A DNA stretch of 64,000 nucleotides, taken from sequence record NZ_CP137560.1; one strand, 5' to 3'. The stretch comes from a plasmid. The first letter of the stretch is position 1, and each line of letters opens with the position of its first letter. The notes beneath the pieces were generated by a model. The model had not been told where the DNA came from and made no database searches. It worked only from the letters and a program-made list of their open reading frames with translations. Positions 28,132-37,232 of the stretch are shown piece after piece. Both the position numbers and the translations under genes were made by a program.

Positions 28132-28521
28132 ATGACAACAAATGAAATGATCCTCCAGGCACAGATTACTAGCCTGCGCCGCGTTGCAGATGTTCTTCTT
28201 CTTCATTTCTGGTCCGATGCGGAGAACAAGACTCAGCTTATCTGGTTCTCTCGCTATTTAAACTACAAATACGAGAGAGATATTCTTGCTTCTTCTGACT
28301 TCGGGCTAACCGATTCAGGACAGCAGCCTGAGCTTCTTGCTCGCAGACGTTACCATTTGCAGGTTCTGATGGACATTGCTTATCTGCAAGGTAATCTTGG
28401 AGAATTGAACATAGTTCGTCGAATTGCTCCTCAAGACGCTGCACTCGCAAATAAAGTTTTTGAGAGCTACGATGGTTTCGACGAATCGCTTTTCCGTGCG
28501 ATTGACGAAATTGACAAATAG
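28132..28521 (+). CDS. hypothetical protein (129 aa)
   Basis: Preceded by TATCTTTG (TAnnTTTG-like) ~40 nt upstream. Overlapping antisense ORF 28238-28531 judged less likely. Confidence 0.35.
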   Translation: MTTNEMILQAQITSLRRVADVLLLHFWSDAENKTQLIWFSRYLNYKYERDILASSDFGLTDSGQQPELLARRRYHLQVLMDIAYLQGNLGELNIVRRIAPQDAALANKVFESYDGFDESLFRAIDEIDK

Positions 28522-28588
28522 ACTTTTTCATCTTAATCTCTTTTTATCAGGAGGAGAACCTATCATTCTCCTCCCTTTGTTAAACACT

Positions 28589-28795
28589 CTATTTCTTCTC
28601 AACCTTGTAGCCCTTACCTCGAAGGTAAGTCGCTACATACTCATCATCGCCCACATCTTCGAGCACATCGAAGAGATACCCCTTCACATATTCAGCAACT
28701 GCGCTTGATGATGCAAGCTCGATGTTCTTGGAGATAAACTCCACTTTCTTTGTTCTACCAAGGCCATTGAAGGCCTTCTCTACATTTTCCATCAT
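28589..28795 (-). CDS. hypothetical small acidic protein (68 aa)
   Basis: ORF in an AT-rich spacer. Confidence 0.3.
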   Translation of the reverse strand: MMENVEKAFNGLGRTKKVEFISKNIELASSSAVAEYVKGYLFDVLEDVGDDEYVATYLRGKGYKVEKK

Positions 28796-28953
28796 TATAA
28801 CTTTTTAAGTTCATAAATTTGCCCAGCTCGCGCTTTTTTAGTATCTTTGGCGCGGTGTTTATCTTAAACACGGTGCAAAGATAAGCAATTTGCGAATAAC
28901 TACCAAATTTTTTGGGAATTATTTTCGCATTTTGAATAAAATAATATCGCAAT

Positions 28954-29691
28954 ATGGATAAAAAAGGCATTTTAGAGGCATTGATCGCCCATTATACAGG
29001 TGGTAATAAGTCGCAATTTGCGAAAATGTTAGGTGTTAAACCCCAAACGATTAATACCTGGGATTCTCGCAGTACCTTTGATATTGAGTTAATATACTCA
29101 AAGTGCGAACATATTTCAGCAGATTGGCTCTTGACAGGCGAAGGACCAATGCTCAAAACGAGTACTTCCGGCGCTGATGAAGCACTATGTCCTGAAGAAA
29201 AGGAGAGAAAAACGGAGAAAAATGGAGAAAAACAGAGAAGACCAGAGAAAAATAGAGAATATTCTTCTCGAATCCATAAGCTGCCGGAGGGAAGCATTGA
29301 GGGAATTCCACTCATACCAGCTAGCGCAATGGCAGGAGCATTCACTTCCGACGTGTCTATAATGGAGTACGAATGCGAGCACTATATCATACCAGACTTC
29401 AAGGGCGCCGACTTCCTTATCAGGGTAAAAGGCGACTCTATGCAGCCTACATACTACTCTGGCGACCTCGTGGCTTGTCAGAAGATACCGATGAACGACG
29501 TCTTCTTCCAATGGAACAAAACCTATGTTCTCGACACCAACCAGGGACCAATCATCAAGCGAGTACTACCGGGCAAGGATGATGATCATATCTGCATCGT
29601 CTCTGATAACGAGAAATACCCACCATTCGAGTTGGAGAAGTCATATCTCCACGCCATCGCCCTCGTTAGGGGCATCATCCGTCTGGAGTAA
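28954..29691 (+). CDS. LexA/CI-like repressor: XRE HTH + low-complexity linker + S24 peptidase domain
   Basis: N-terminal KSQFAKMLGVKPQTINTW (HTH); linker EEKERKTEKNGEKQRRPEKNRE; C-terminal VKGDSMQPTYYSGDLV ... IIKRV (Ser/Lys dyad-type S24 motifs). Confidence 0.75.
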   Translation: MDKKGILEALIAHYTGGNKSQFAKMLGVKPQTINTWDSRSTFDIELIYSKCEHISADWLLTGEGPMLKTSTSGADEALCPEEKERKTEKNGEKQRRPEKNREYSSRIHKLPEGSIEGIPLIPASAMAGAFTSDVSIMEYECEHYIIPDFKGADFLIRVKGDSMQPTYYSGDLVACQKIPMNDVFFQWNKTYVLDTNQGPIIKRVLPGKDDDHICIVSDNEKYPPFELEKSYLHAIALVRGIIRLE

Positions 29692-29949
29692 CCCCGTTTC
29701 ATACCCACCTCCAGGATGCGTATCATTTTCCCGGCTCTGGGAAGATGGTACACCCCCAAAAAGTACCCCCAGAGTGTTCCCCCTCCCCCTGGAAGGCGCT
29801 AAAATAGGCTTAAAAGCCCCTATATACTATATATAATAAGGTGTAAGCGCTAAAAACCGAAGTTCAAAAAGGGTATGTTTCCTGCACATAAAGTGGCAAA
29901 AGTGGTAGTTTTCCTACCCAAGCTATCGTTATGCCGTTTTACCCACTTT

Positions 29950-30006
29950 TGCAAGTCCAGTTTTTGAAAAATGCAAGTCCAGTTTGCAAGTCCACCTGCA
30001 AGTCCA
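29950..30006 (+). repeat. four direct repeats of TGCAAGTCCA (iteron-like)
   Basis: Copies at 29950-29959, 29972-29981, 29985-29994 and 29997-30006. Confidence 0.7.
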
Positions 30007-30031
30007 CTACCCAAAAATGGCCATTTCGGGC

Positions 30032-30060
30032 ACAAAAAAGGGGAGCCGTAAAGCTCCCCG
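30032..30060 (-). terminator. intrinsic terminator (minus strand)
   Basis: Hairpin GGGGAGC-cgtaaa-GCTCCCC; on the minus strand it is followed by TTTTTTG. Confidence 0.45.
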
Positions 30061-30160
30061 AATAACCCAAAATAATCCCAAAAATACCCCCAAAATCATC
30101 CCCGGCTTATAACATCATTCGAACACCGTCCGAATACCCTGTAATTTGCGTTCTAAGCCC

Positions 30161-30406
30161 TCATTCTTCCTCAGCTGATACATCACCCATTCGACCACCC
30201 GAAATGAGCGTAGATTGCTTTATTATAGCGCGTTTCGTGCATACTGTCCCGTTTCCTCCAAGCCCTGCGTGGAGCAGATATCCCTTGGTTGCACCCACCT
30301 CTTCAGCCGTCAGCACGGTATATACGGCCGAGATGGAACTGAAATAGAAGTCTTTCCGTCCTTCATGCTTGCCCACCAACAGGTGGACGTGTACTACTTT
30401 TGCCAT
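30161..30406 (-). CDS. hypothetical protein (81 aa), possibly a gene remnant
   Basis: ORF only. Confidence 0.25.
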   Translation of the reverse strand: MAKVVHVHLLVGKHEGRKDFYFSSISAVYTVLTAEEVGATKGYLLHAGLGGNGTVCTKRAIIKQSTLISGGRMGDVSAEEE

Positions 30407-30558
30407 TTCTTATCGTTTAAAGTTCCACATCGGGAGCCATGCATCATCTAAGCGCATCGCCCTCGTTATCGGTTGCAAATATACCAAATATTTATTATTT
30501 GGAATGTTTTTGCGTCTTAAATATTCCTAAACCCCTTATTTTTCCACACCATAAGGCA

Positions 30559-30582
30559 CAAAAAAAGCGGCTCACAGCCGCC
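30559..30582 (-). terminator. intrinsic terminator downstream of traN (minus strand)
   Basis: GCGGCT-cac-AGCCGC hairpin; on the minus strand it is followed by a T7 run. Confidence 0.55.
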
Positions 30583-30838
30583 CCGTATCATCATTAAGCC
30601 CTCACGCTCTTACAATCTTTCCTGCATCATCAACCCCCACACAGTCCGCCCCGGTACCTCAGATCCTCAAACAGGTCATTTACCCCATGTTAACCCCATG
30701 TTAACCTAATGTAAACTTTCGCCCTATCTTTTCCACCTCCAGGCACTCCAAAATTAAACCAAAATTAAAGCTATGTAAACGTTTCGTTTTGCACCCTCTT
30801 TTCCTCTCTATCTCTGTAACTCTCTGTTATTCATCGTC

Positions 30839-31600
30839 TTACCTCATTTTTCCTCTCATTCTTTTATATACGCTTCGTTTTGTGCCCTTTATCTTCTTCA
30901 ATACTGCAATATTACGATACCCTTTCTTGAAATTGCAACTTCTGTCTAGAAGCAGCGCAGGCTTTAACTCCAATGTTTGGCTATTAGTGGCCTTCTGCTG
31001 CTTCTTGTCCATGAGTTTAAAGCGCAGCTCGTCAATCTCGAATGGAAGATTTGTTTGATTTTCTACCGAGAAATCAACAAAGATATATTCGCCAACCACG
31101 TAAATGTTGTTAAGGCGCATCAGCATCTTGTTATGTTTAGTGAATGTACTTCTATATCTTGCTGGTGAGTTCCATACCTTCATGGCATAAGACACCATAT
31201 CAGTTGTGGACATGGAGACCTCAGGGTTATGGAAGGCGTTGCGCTCAATCAGTTCTACCTCTTTGTCCGTAACAGCCTCTTGCAGTTTACTTGTGTAAAC
31301 AAGGGCGTATTGAACTCTGTAGCGTTCCGTTATAATGGTAACAATCCCCATGAGCTCGCCATCTTTGTGATAACTTGAGGTAGGCTTGAGGCGTATGACA
31401 TTTTCCAGAGGCTTATCACCCACAATGGAGTCTGTAGAGATGTCCACCAGGCGAATTGGCTCAGAGGCCGTGATAATAGTGGATACATGCTCATTCACTG
31501 TAATTTGCTCCATGTCATAACTGGTTTTCTGTGCTTGTGCCGTAGCCACCGAAAGGCATGCAAACAGCAATGCCCATGCTTTATTCTTCAATTTTTTCAT
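30839..31600 (-). CDS. traN: conjugative transposon TraN-like protein (signal peptide; possibly truncated)
   Basis: Signal peptide MKKLKNKAWALLFACLSVATAQA. Position after the traM-like gene in the Bacteroides CTn order traJ-K-L-M-N. Confidence 0.45.
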   Translation of the reverse strand: MKKLKNKAWALLFACLSVATAQAQKTSYDMEQITVNEHVSTIITASEPIRLVDISTDSIVGDKPLENVIRLKPTSSYHKDGELMGIVTIITERYRVQYALVYTSKLQEAVTDKEVELIERNAFHNPEVSMSTTDMVSYAMKVWNSPARYRSTFTKHNKMLMRLNNIYVVGEYIFVDFSVENQTNLPFEIDELRFKLMDKKQQKATNSQTLELKPALLLDRSCNFKKGYRNIAVLKKIKGTKRSVYKRMRGKMR

Positions 31601-31677
31601 ATTGTTCTACTTTATAATATGCGACAGAATCGATATCTTGTCGCAATTGATTTCAATTGATTTATAATTTTGTCGTA

Positions 31678-32922
31678 TTATTTATGAGATGAGTCTATCA
31701 AGTAAACCTTGGTACCATACTTGAGACGGATTCGGTTCTTCTTGATTCCCTTTCCCAGGGCACTCATGGCTTTTTGGGTAGCGTTAGACATAGCTTGGCT
31801 TGCCCAACTCTTGATACCAGCGCCTCCAGTACTGGATTCCGTCAGATTACTTCCCTGGGTGGCAGACGAGGCTATGTCCTTGGTTGTTTCACGAAAGTTA
31901 CTTTGTGGAACATAAAGTCCTTCCAATCCATCAGTATCATAAATGTTCAAGCTCACCCTATGAATCTCTTCTTCGAAGAAGATGTTTTCTACCTTTCCCT
32001 TGACCCGTTGCTTGCCAAAGCCACTCATTTGAGCATATAGATAGGTTCCTTTCTTGACCGTAAGGTTACCTATTTCAATGTCATCCAACAGGCGAAGACG
32101 GACGCGACTTCCATCCACGGCTTTCACATCTTCATCAATAATGGCGGAAATGAGCTTGGTTTTTCCCTTTTCCATACCCAAGGTATTGAAATACTCAGAT
32201 ACCTCCTTGGTCTTCTTTGCAACTTTTTGAGGTTTCTCCTCATCTGTTTCCTTGCTCTTTGGATATGGTGTATTTGTATCCATGCTTTTTCCCGATTGAT
32301 ACGTCTGTTCTCGTTTGAAAGTCCCTCTATCATATTTGTCTGCCACATGGCTTGGATAGTTCTGTTCATCCAGTTCAGAATTGGTATATCCGGCTAGGTT
32401 CCGATTCATTTCCTCCCATTCTCTGTTCCTGCGTTGTCGCTGAAGCCTTGCGATTTCAGAGTCACTTACAGGAGCTACAAACTCATTAGAGGATGACGAA
32501 TTTCGGCTTGCATTTTGACGAACCTTATTCTGCATGGCACGAAGTTTCTTCAGTTCTTCCTGTTCTGCCTGCTGTTGCTGGATAAGTTCAGCCTCCTTCT
32601 CGTTATATTGACTCTCATAGTTTTCCTTCTTATTGACGGAATCACGGTCGTTTTCAACACTCTCAATACCGGAGAGGTCTGTTATCTTACCATACTGTCG
32701 CTCCGTGTTATCCATCTTGCTACCAAGCAGTGAGTCTGTCTTGGCATCTGGAAGCGCACTGGATAGGTAGTCCGTGGTCTTGAGATTGGCATTGCCTGTA
32801 TCCTTAATATCCAAGTTGAAGGTATCGATTACGAAATATCCCACGAAGAGAGAAAGTACGTAAACAAGAAGGGGCATCCAATACTTTCCTTCCTTAAAGT
32901 TTATATTCTTAACTTTCATCAT
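31678..32922 (-). CDS. traM: conjugative transposon TraM-like protein
   Basis: 414 aa with an N-terminal TM, a long Gln/Glu/Arg-rich coiled-coil middle and a conserved C-terminal domain. Gene order and size match. Confidence 0.5.
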   Translation of the reverse strand: MMKVKNINFKEGKYWMPLLVYVLSLFVGYFVIDTFNLDIKDTGNANLKTTDYLSSALPDAKTDSLLGSKMDNTERQYGKITDLSGIESVENDRDSVNKKENYESQYNEKEAELIQQQQAEQEELKKLRAMQNKVRQNASRNSSSSNEFVAPVSDSEIARLQRQRRNREWEEMNRNLAGYTNSELDEQNYPSHVADKYDRGTFKREQTYQSGKSMDTNTPYPKSKETDEEKPQKVAKKTKEVSEYFNTLGMEKGKTKLISAIIDEDVKAVDGSRVRLRLLDDIEIGNLTVKKGTYLYAQMSGFGKQRVKGKVENIFFEEEIHRVSLNIYDTDGLEGLYVPQSNFRETTKDIASSATQGSNLTESSTGGAGIKSWASQAMSNATQKAMSALGKGIKKNRIRLKYGTKVYLIDSSHK

Positions 32923-32933
32923 TGCAATGCGTA

Positions 32934-33254
32934 TTAATTGTTATGCTGTGGCTTATGCAAGGCTGAATCTACCTTTTCTACGGCCGTTATTCGTTCATGA
33001 CTTCGTTGCTTGTAAGACTTGACCAGATTCACCACATTGATGGTAAAACATCCAATGACTATGGTAAATACGGTAGCAAGAAATCCAATGCGATGTTTAT
33101 TAGCCGTCATCTGTAGGCGAGCTGCCAAGAAATTGATTCCGGATTTCTCAGCGAATTTCATACCTGCTCGTTTTTCCTTTTCGTAACGTTCCTTATATTT
33201 TGGATCGTCCTTGCTGGGCATTTGCTCGCCCAAGACCATTCTCTTTAAGCTCAT
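32934..33254 (-). CDS. traL: conjugative transposon TraL-like small membrane protein
   Basis: 106 aa with a single TM (FLATVFTIVIGCFTINVVNLV), between the traK-like and traM-like genes. Confidence 0.4.
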   Translation of the reverse strand: MSLKRMVLGEQMPSKDDPKYKERYEKEKRAGMKFAEKSGINFLAARLQMTANKHRIGFLATVFTIVIGCFTINVVNLVKSYKQRSHERITAVEKVDSALHKPQHNN

Positions 33255-33272
33255 ATATTTTTCATTTATATG

Positions 33273-33914
33273 TTAGTATTCCGTTTTCTTTTTCTCTTCC
33301 AAGTCCTTGTTCAGAAGCGTTCTCCAGTTGGTAATCAAAATGCCATGAGGATTATTCTCCGTTCGGGGAACTTTCTTCAAGCTGCCAGCAGTCACAATCT
33401 GGCGCATCAGGATATTGGTTCTTCGCTCTATTCTCTGCCTGCCATAGTAGGTGAATGAAAGTGAGTCCTTGTTGAGTTTGATGCTGTCACAGAAAATACT
33501 GCAGATGGTGGAAGTACCAATGAGATTATTGTAGAATCCCTTTTCCTTGAGCGCATTATATTGTGCCAAGCCTGTTTCGTCAATGAGATACATGGCTTTC
33601 TCCATAGTGTATCGAATGTACTTATCGTCAGGAGCGAGCGTAAAGAATAAATGATGGAACATCTCAATATCACTCTTGGCTTCCACTTCAAAGGTCTCTT
33701 CCATGGATGTTTGTCTAACCAACACTGGTACATTTCCATCCAGCACATATACTTTTTTATGGGCATCGCTGACCATGCCTCTGGCTATGATGATGCTGCC
33801 CAAGCTGATGACGATACAGCCCATGAGAAAAAGGCTGCTGATGATCATCACCATCTTAATTTTGTTTTCTACGTTTTTTAATACTGCCATAATAGTATTT
33901 TCGTTATTAATCAA
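33273..33914 (-). CDS. traK: conjugative transposon TraK-like protein
   Basis: 213 aa with an N-terminal TM, immediately downstream of the traJ 3' fragment. Matches the size and order of Bacteroides TraK. Confidence 0.5.
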   Translation of the reverse strand: MINNENTIMAVLKNVENKIKMVMIISSLFLMGCIVISLGSIIIARGMVSDAHKKVYVLDGNVPVLVRQTSMEETFEVEAKSDIEMFHHLFFTLAPDDKYIRYTMEKAMYLIDETGLAQYNALKEKGFYNNLIGTSTICSIFCDSIKLNKDSLSFTYYGRQRIERRTNILMRQIVTAGSLKKVPRTENNPHGILITNWRTLLNKDLEEKKKTEY

Positions 33915-33916
33915 AT

Positions 33917-34264
33917 TTATCCCTTTGGTAATAGGCTCATGGCACTTTGCTTGGCCGACGCAGCCACACCCTCACCGAAATTTCTGGTACTGAAGGCTGT
34001 GTCACTTTCAGGAATCATCCAAGCTGCCAGGTCTGGAACCAGGTTCAAGCACTTCAGCGAGACAATTGATGCCACAAGTAAATAGCCGCAAGTCATAAAG
34101 GCATTATGAATGTAGCCTGTCATCTCACCCTTACCAGCTGTTATCACGGTTAAGTTTTCCACCTGAACGCTGATGACAATGTCAAAAAGCAGAAGGACAT
34201 AAAAACCTACGAAGTAGAGGATATTATGGCATAAAACAAAGTCGTAATAAATCAAAAGAAACAC
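33917..34264 (-). pseudogene. traJ: traJ 3' fragment (C-terminal part of TraJ-like membrane protein), separated from its 5' part by a ~17.9-kb insertion
   Basis: The hydrophobic C-terminal region continues the reading sense of the 52118-52861 fragment. Both pieces share the junction peptide LYFVG. Confidence 0.5.
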
Positions 34265-34345
34265 ACGTTATCCAATTGATACACAGATACTTCTTTGATT
34301 TGATTTCTTTTATTTCCTTGACTGTTAAAAATCTATTTTTGGTGC

Positions 34346-34368
34346 ATTTTTGTTGCACGTTTGTTACG
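34346..34368 (+). repeat. subterminal direct repeat ATTTTTGTTGCACGTTTGTTACG (left copy)
   Basis: Exact 23-mer also found at 52062-52084; lies 86 bp upstream of the first integrase start. Confidence 0.7.
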
Positions 34369-34453
34369 CGAAATAAAATAATCTTTATAACTTTGACCTC
34401 AGAGAAACCCGAATGGGGGCATAAAATAGAAACAAATAAAAGCATATAACAGC

Positions 34454-35620
34454 ATGGGAAGACAAAAGAAAGTATCAAAACCAAAAGAGCCTGTTCGCAT
34501 TCGTCAGCGCAAGTTGAAGAATGGAAATATCAGCCTCTATCTCGACATTTATTCAGATGGTATCAGAAAATACGAGTCGCTGTCGCTCTACCTCGTTCCT
34601 GAGAAAGACCCGATTTCAAAAGACCAGAACAGACACGCTATGCAGGTGGCAAACAAGGTGAAGTCAGAAAGAATATTGGGGCTGCAGAACCGTGGCATCA
34701 AACAATGGGAGAAAATCAAGCAGGAGAATATGCCACTGCTGACTTGGCTCTGCAAATATGAGCAGTCGGACGGCAACTTTGCCAAATCCACATTGAAAGG
34801 CAGAAAGGAGATGCGCCACAAGATAGAACAGTACCTTGCCACGACTGGCGACATCAATATCTGTTTGTCAGAAATAGATGTGGATTTCTGCCGTGGCTTC
34901 GTGAAGTTTTTGAAAACGGCACATCATGGAGTGAAGAAAGACGCTACAGCTGTAATCAGTCAAGGTTGCGCCCATCATCATCAGGCGGTATTCAATGGAG
35001 CGTTGAACAAGGCGGTGCGTGAGGGTATCATAGCAAGCAATCCAATGAAACTGTTGGATGCTAAGGAGAAGCATCAGCCAGCCGAAAGCGTAAGAGAATA
35101 TCTGACCATTGACGAGTTGAAAGCCATTATGAAAGCGGACTGCGCCAACACGGAAGTAAAAAAGGCTTTTATCTTCTCTTGCTTTGCAGGATTGCGCTTG
35201 GGAGATGTACGTGCGCTCACATGGAACAAGGTGTTTCTCGCATCTGACGGAAAGACAAAATTTGTCCGCACGATCATGGAGAAGACAAACAAGCTCGTTA
35301 ATGTTCCACTATCAAAAGAGGCTCTGAACTGCCTTAATGAAAAGGAAGACCCGAACGAGCCGATATTCACTTTGCCAGGCACTCCAACGGTATGTCACGA
35401 CATCCGTAAATGGATGCAAAATGCTGATATTAAAAAGCACATCTCGTTTCACTGCTCACGGCACACCTTCGCCACGATGATGCTGACACTTGGAGTTGAC
35501 ATCTATACAACAAGCAAATTATTGGGGCATAGCAATGTCTCTACAACACAGATATACAGCAAGATAGTGGACGAGAAAAAAGTGGAGGCAGTCAACAAGG
35601 TTGATAATCTATTTGATTAG
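34454..35620 (+). CDS. tyrosine-type site-specific integrase (Bacteroides CTn/NBU-type), 388 aa
   Basis: C-terminal catalytic region HCSRHTFATMMLTLGVDIYTTSKLLGHSNVSTTQIYSKI (R...HxxR...Y). Confidence 0.85.
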   Translation: MGRQKKVSKPKEPVRIRQRKLKNGNISLYLDIYSDGIRKYESLSLYLVPEKDPISKDQNRHAMQVANKVKSERILGLQNRGIKQWEKIKQENMPLLTWLCKYEQSDGNFAKSTLKGRKEMRHKIEQYLATTGDINICLSEIDVDFCRGFVKFLKTAHHGVKKDATAVISQGCAHHHQAVFNGALNKAVREGIIASNPMKLLDAKEKHQPAESVREYLTIDELKAIMKADCANTEVKKAFIFSCFAGLRLGDVRALTWNKVFLASDGKTKFVRTIMEKTNKLVNVPLSKEALNCLNEKEDPNEPIFTLPGTPTVCHDIRKWMQNADIKKHISFHCSRHTFATMMLTLGVDIYTTSKLLGHSNVSTTQIYSKIVDEKKVEAVNKVDNLFD

Positions 35621-35644
35621 CACTAATAAAAAAGGTAACTGAAA

Positions 35645-36799
35645 ATGAGTATAGAGATAAGAACAAGAGTGTTAAAAAATGGTAGTCAGTCGCTATACCT
35701 TGACTGCTATGAGAATGGTAAAAGGGAATATGAGGCATTGCATTTGTACCTTATTCCAGAGGTGAACGAAGACGCAAAGCGAGAGAACAAGAACGCCATG
35801 AAAAAGGCGGTCGCTATAAAGGCTGAAAGACTCCTTGGTATTCGTAAGGAGGCAAAGTCTCCAGATGAAACGGCATTAAGAAAGGCATCGCCTGTTTTCT
35901 ATGAATGGCTGCTTGATTATCACAAGGGATTGATTGACAGCCAAGCGTATTCTCAGAACTACATCAAGAATGTATGGAAGCTGATAGCCATCATGCACCA
36001 ATATATGAAATACAGCCATAAAAGTGGCATACGATTGATAGACTTCAATAAAAACGTATATATGGGCTTCTTGAACTACATGAGGGACATCTATGTTTCG
36101 CCAAAGTCTCCAAGCAACCCTCAGAAGTTGGCACAGTCCACCATGCACCAAATGCAGACCACACTCAACACCATATTGAACAAGGCGGTCAGAAACGGTC
36201 TGATAAGTGCAAATCCTTTTGCTTCATTGGATATAAGGGAAAGGGTCAGCAAGGCAGAAAGTAATATCGTTGCATTGACAAAAGAAGAGGTCATGTCATT
36301 GGCTTCCGTAGAAACAGGCAGTCCTGCAACTAAACAATGTTATATGTTCTGTTGCTTTACAGGTTTAAGACATAGTGACATATCCAACTTAAGATGGAAG
36401 GATATTCGCCAAACTGATGCGGGATTGGCTATCTATCTGCCTCGTATGCAGAAAACCAAGCACCCCATTCTGATACCATTAGGCAAAAAGGCATTGGAAT
36501 GGTTGCCCGACAGGGAAGATAAAAGTGAAGATAGCCTTGTGTTTAACACACCGCAAATCTGCAACTGTGACAGAGCCCTGAAACACATGGCAAAACGAGC
36601 TGGCATTACAAAGGTTCTCGGATTTCACACAAGTCGGCACACTTTTGGAACATTGGCTATCCTCGCAGGATGTGACATCTTGACTGTGAGCAAACTATTG
36701 GGTCATAAAAGTGTTAAGACAACACAGATATATGCTTCCGTAGCCATGCAGATGAGAGCGGATGCCGTTAAGCGAGTGGAAAAAGTATTTGGAAATTAG
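35645..36799 (+). CDS. tyrosine-type site-specific integrase, second of tandem pair, 384 aa
   Basis: HTSRHTFGTLAILAGCDILTVSKLLGHKSVKTTQIYASV; paralogous to the upstream integrase. Confidence 0.85.
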   Translation: MSIEIRTRVLKNGSQSLYLDCYENGKREYEALHLYLIPEVNEDAKRENKNAMKKAVAIKAERLLGIRKEAKSPDETALRKASPVFYEWLLDYHKGLIDSQAYSQNYIKNVWKLIAIMHQYMKYSHKSGIRLIDFNKNVYMGFLNYMRDIYVSPKSPSNPQKLAQSTMHQMQTTLNTILNKAVRNGLISANPFASLDIRERVSKAESNIVALTKEEVMSLASVETGSPATKQCYMFCCFTGLRHSDISNLRWKDIRQTDAGLAIYLPRMQKTKHPILIPLGKKALEWLPDREDKSEDSLVFNTPQICNCDRALKHMAKRAGITKVLGFHTSRHTFGTLAILAGCDILTVSKLLGHKSVKTTQIYASVAMQMRADAVKRVEKVFGN

Positions 36800-36965
36800 G
36801 GAAGAAAAGAAAGGGAGTAAGGAGGATAAAATCTCTTTATTCCCTTATTTCGTATCAAATGGGTGTAAAAGTGTGAAATATCGTTATATTTTTGCCTATT
36901 AGAGCCACATAACGAATTATTATCGCAAAATTTAATGTATATTTGCAGTAAAATTCGGTGAAAAT

Positions 36966-37172
36966 ATGAAACTGAACAGAATAAAAGATACGTTGGAAGA
37001 AAAAGGCATCTCTCAGACATGGCTTGCAAAACAGCTTGGGAAGAGCTTTAGTACAGTAAACTGCTACGCCAGGAATAAATACCAGCCAGATTTGGAAACA
37101 TTGCTTGAAATATCCAAAATTCTACAAGTCGATTTGAAGGACTTGATAACAGACGAGGACGAGCGAGAGTAA
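36966..37172 (+). CDS. XRE-family HTH transcriptional regulator (68 aa)
   Basis: ISQTWLAKQLGKSFSTVNCYARNK HTH; TATATTTG -7 box at 36942-36949. Confidence 0.6.
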   Translation: MKLNRIKDTLEEKGISQTWLAKQLGKSFSTVNCYARNKYQPDLETLLEISKILQVDLKDLITDEDERE

Positions 37173-37232
37173 AAACGCCAAATGCTGGATTTTTAGAACT
37201 GGACAAAATAACTTCCGATAATAAAACGTTAT

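Noticed and set aside
28238-28531. Minus-strand 97-aa ORF overlapping the plus-strand 129-aa ORF
   Set aside because: The plus-strand ORF has a TAnnTTTG-like box at the right distance and a less biased composition, so only one of the pair was kept.
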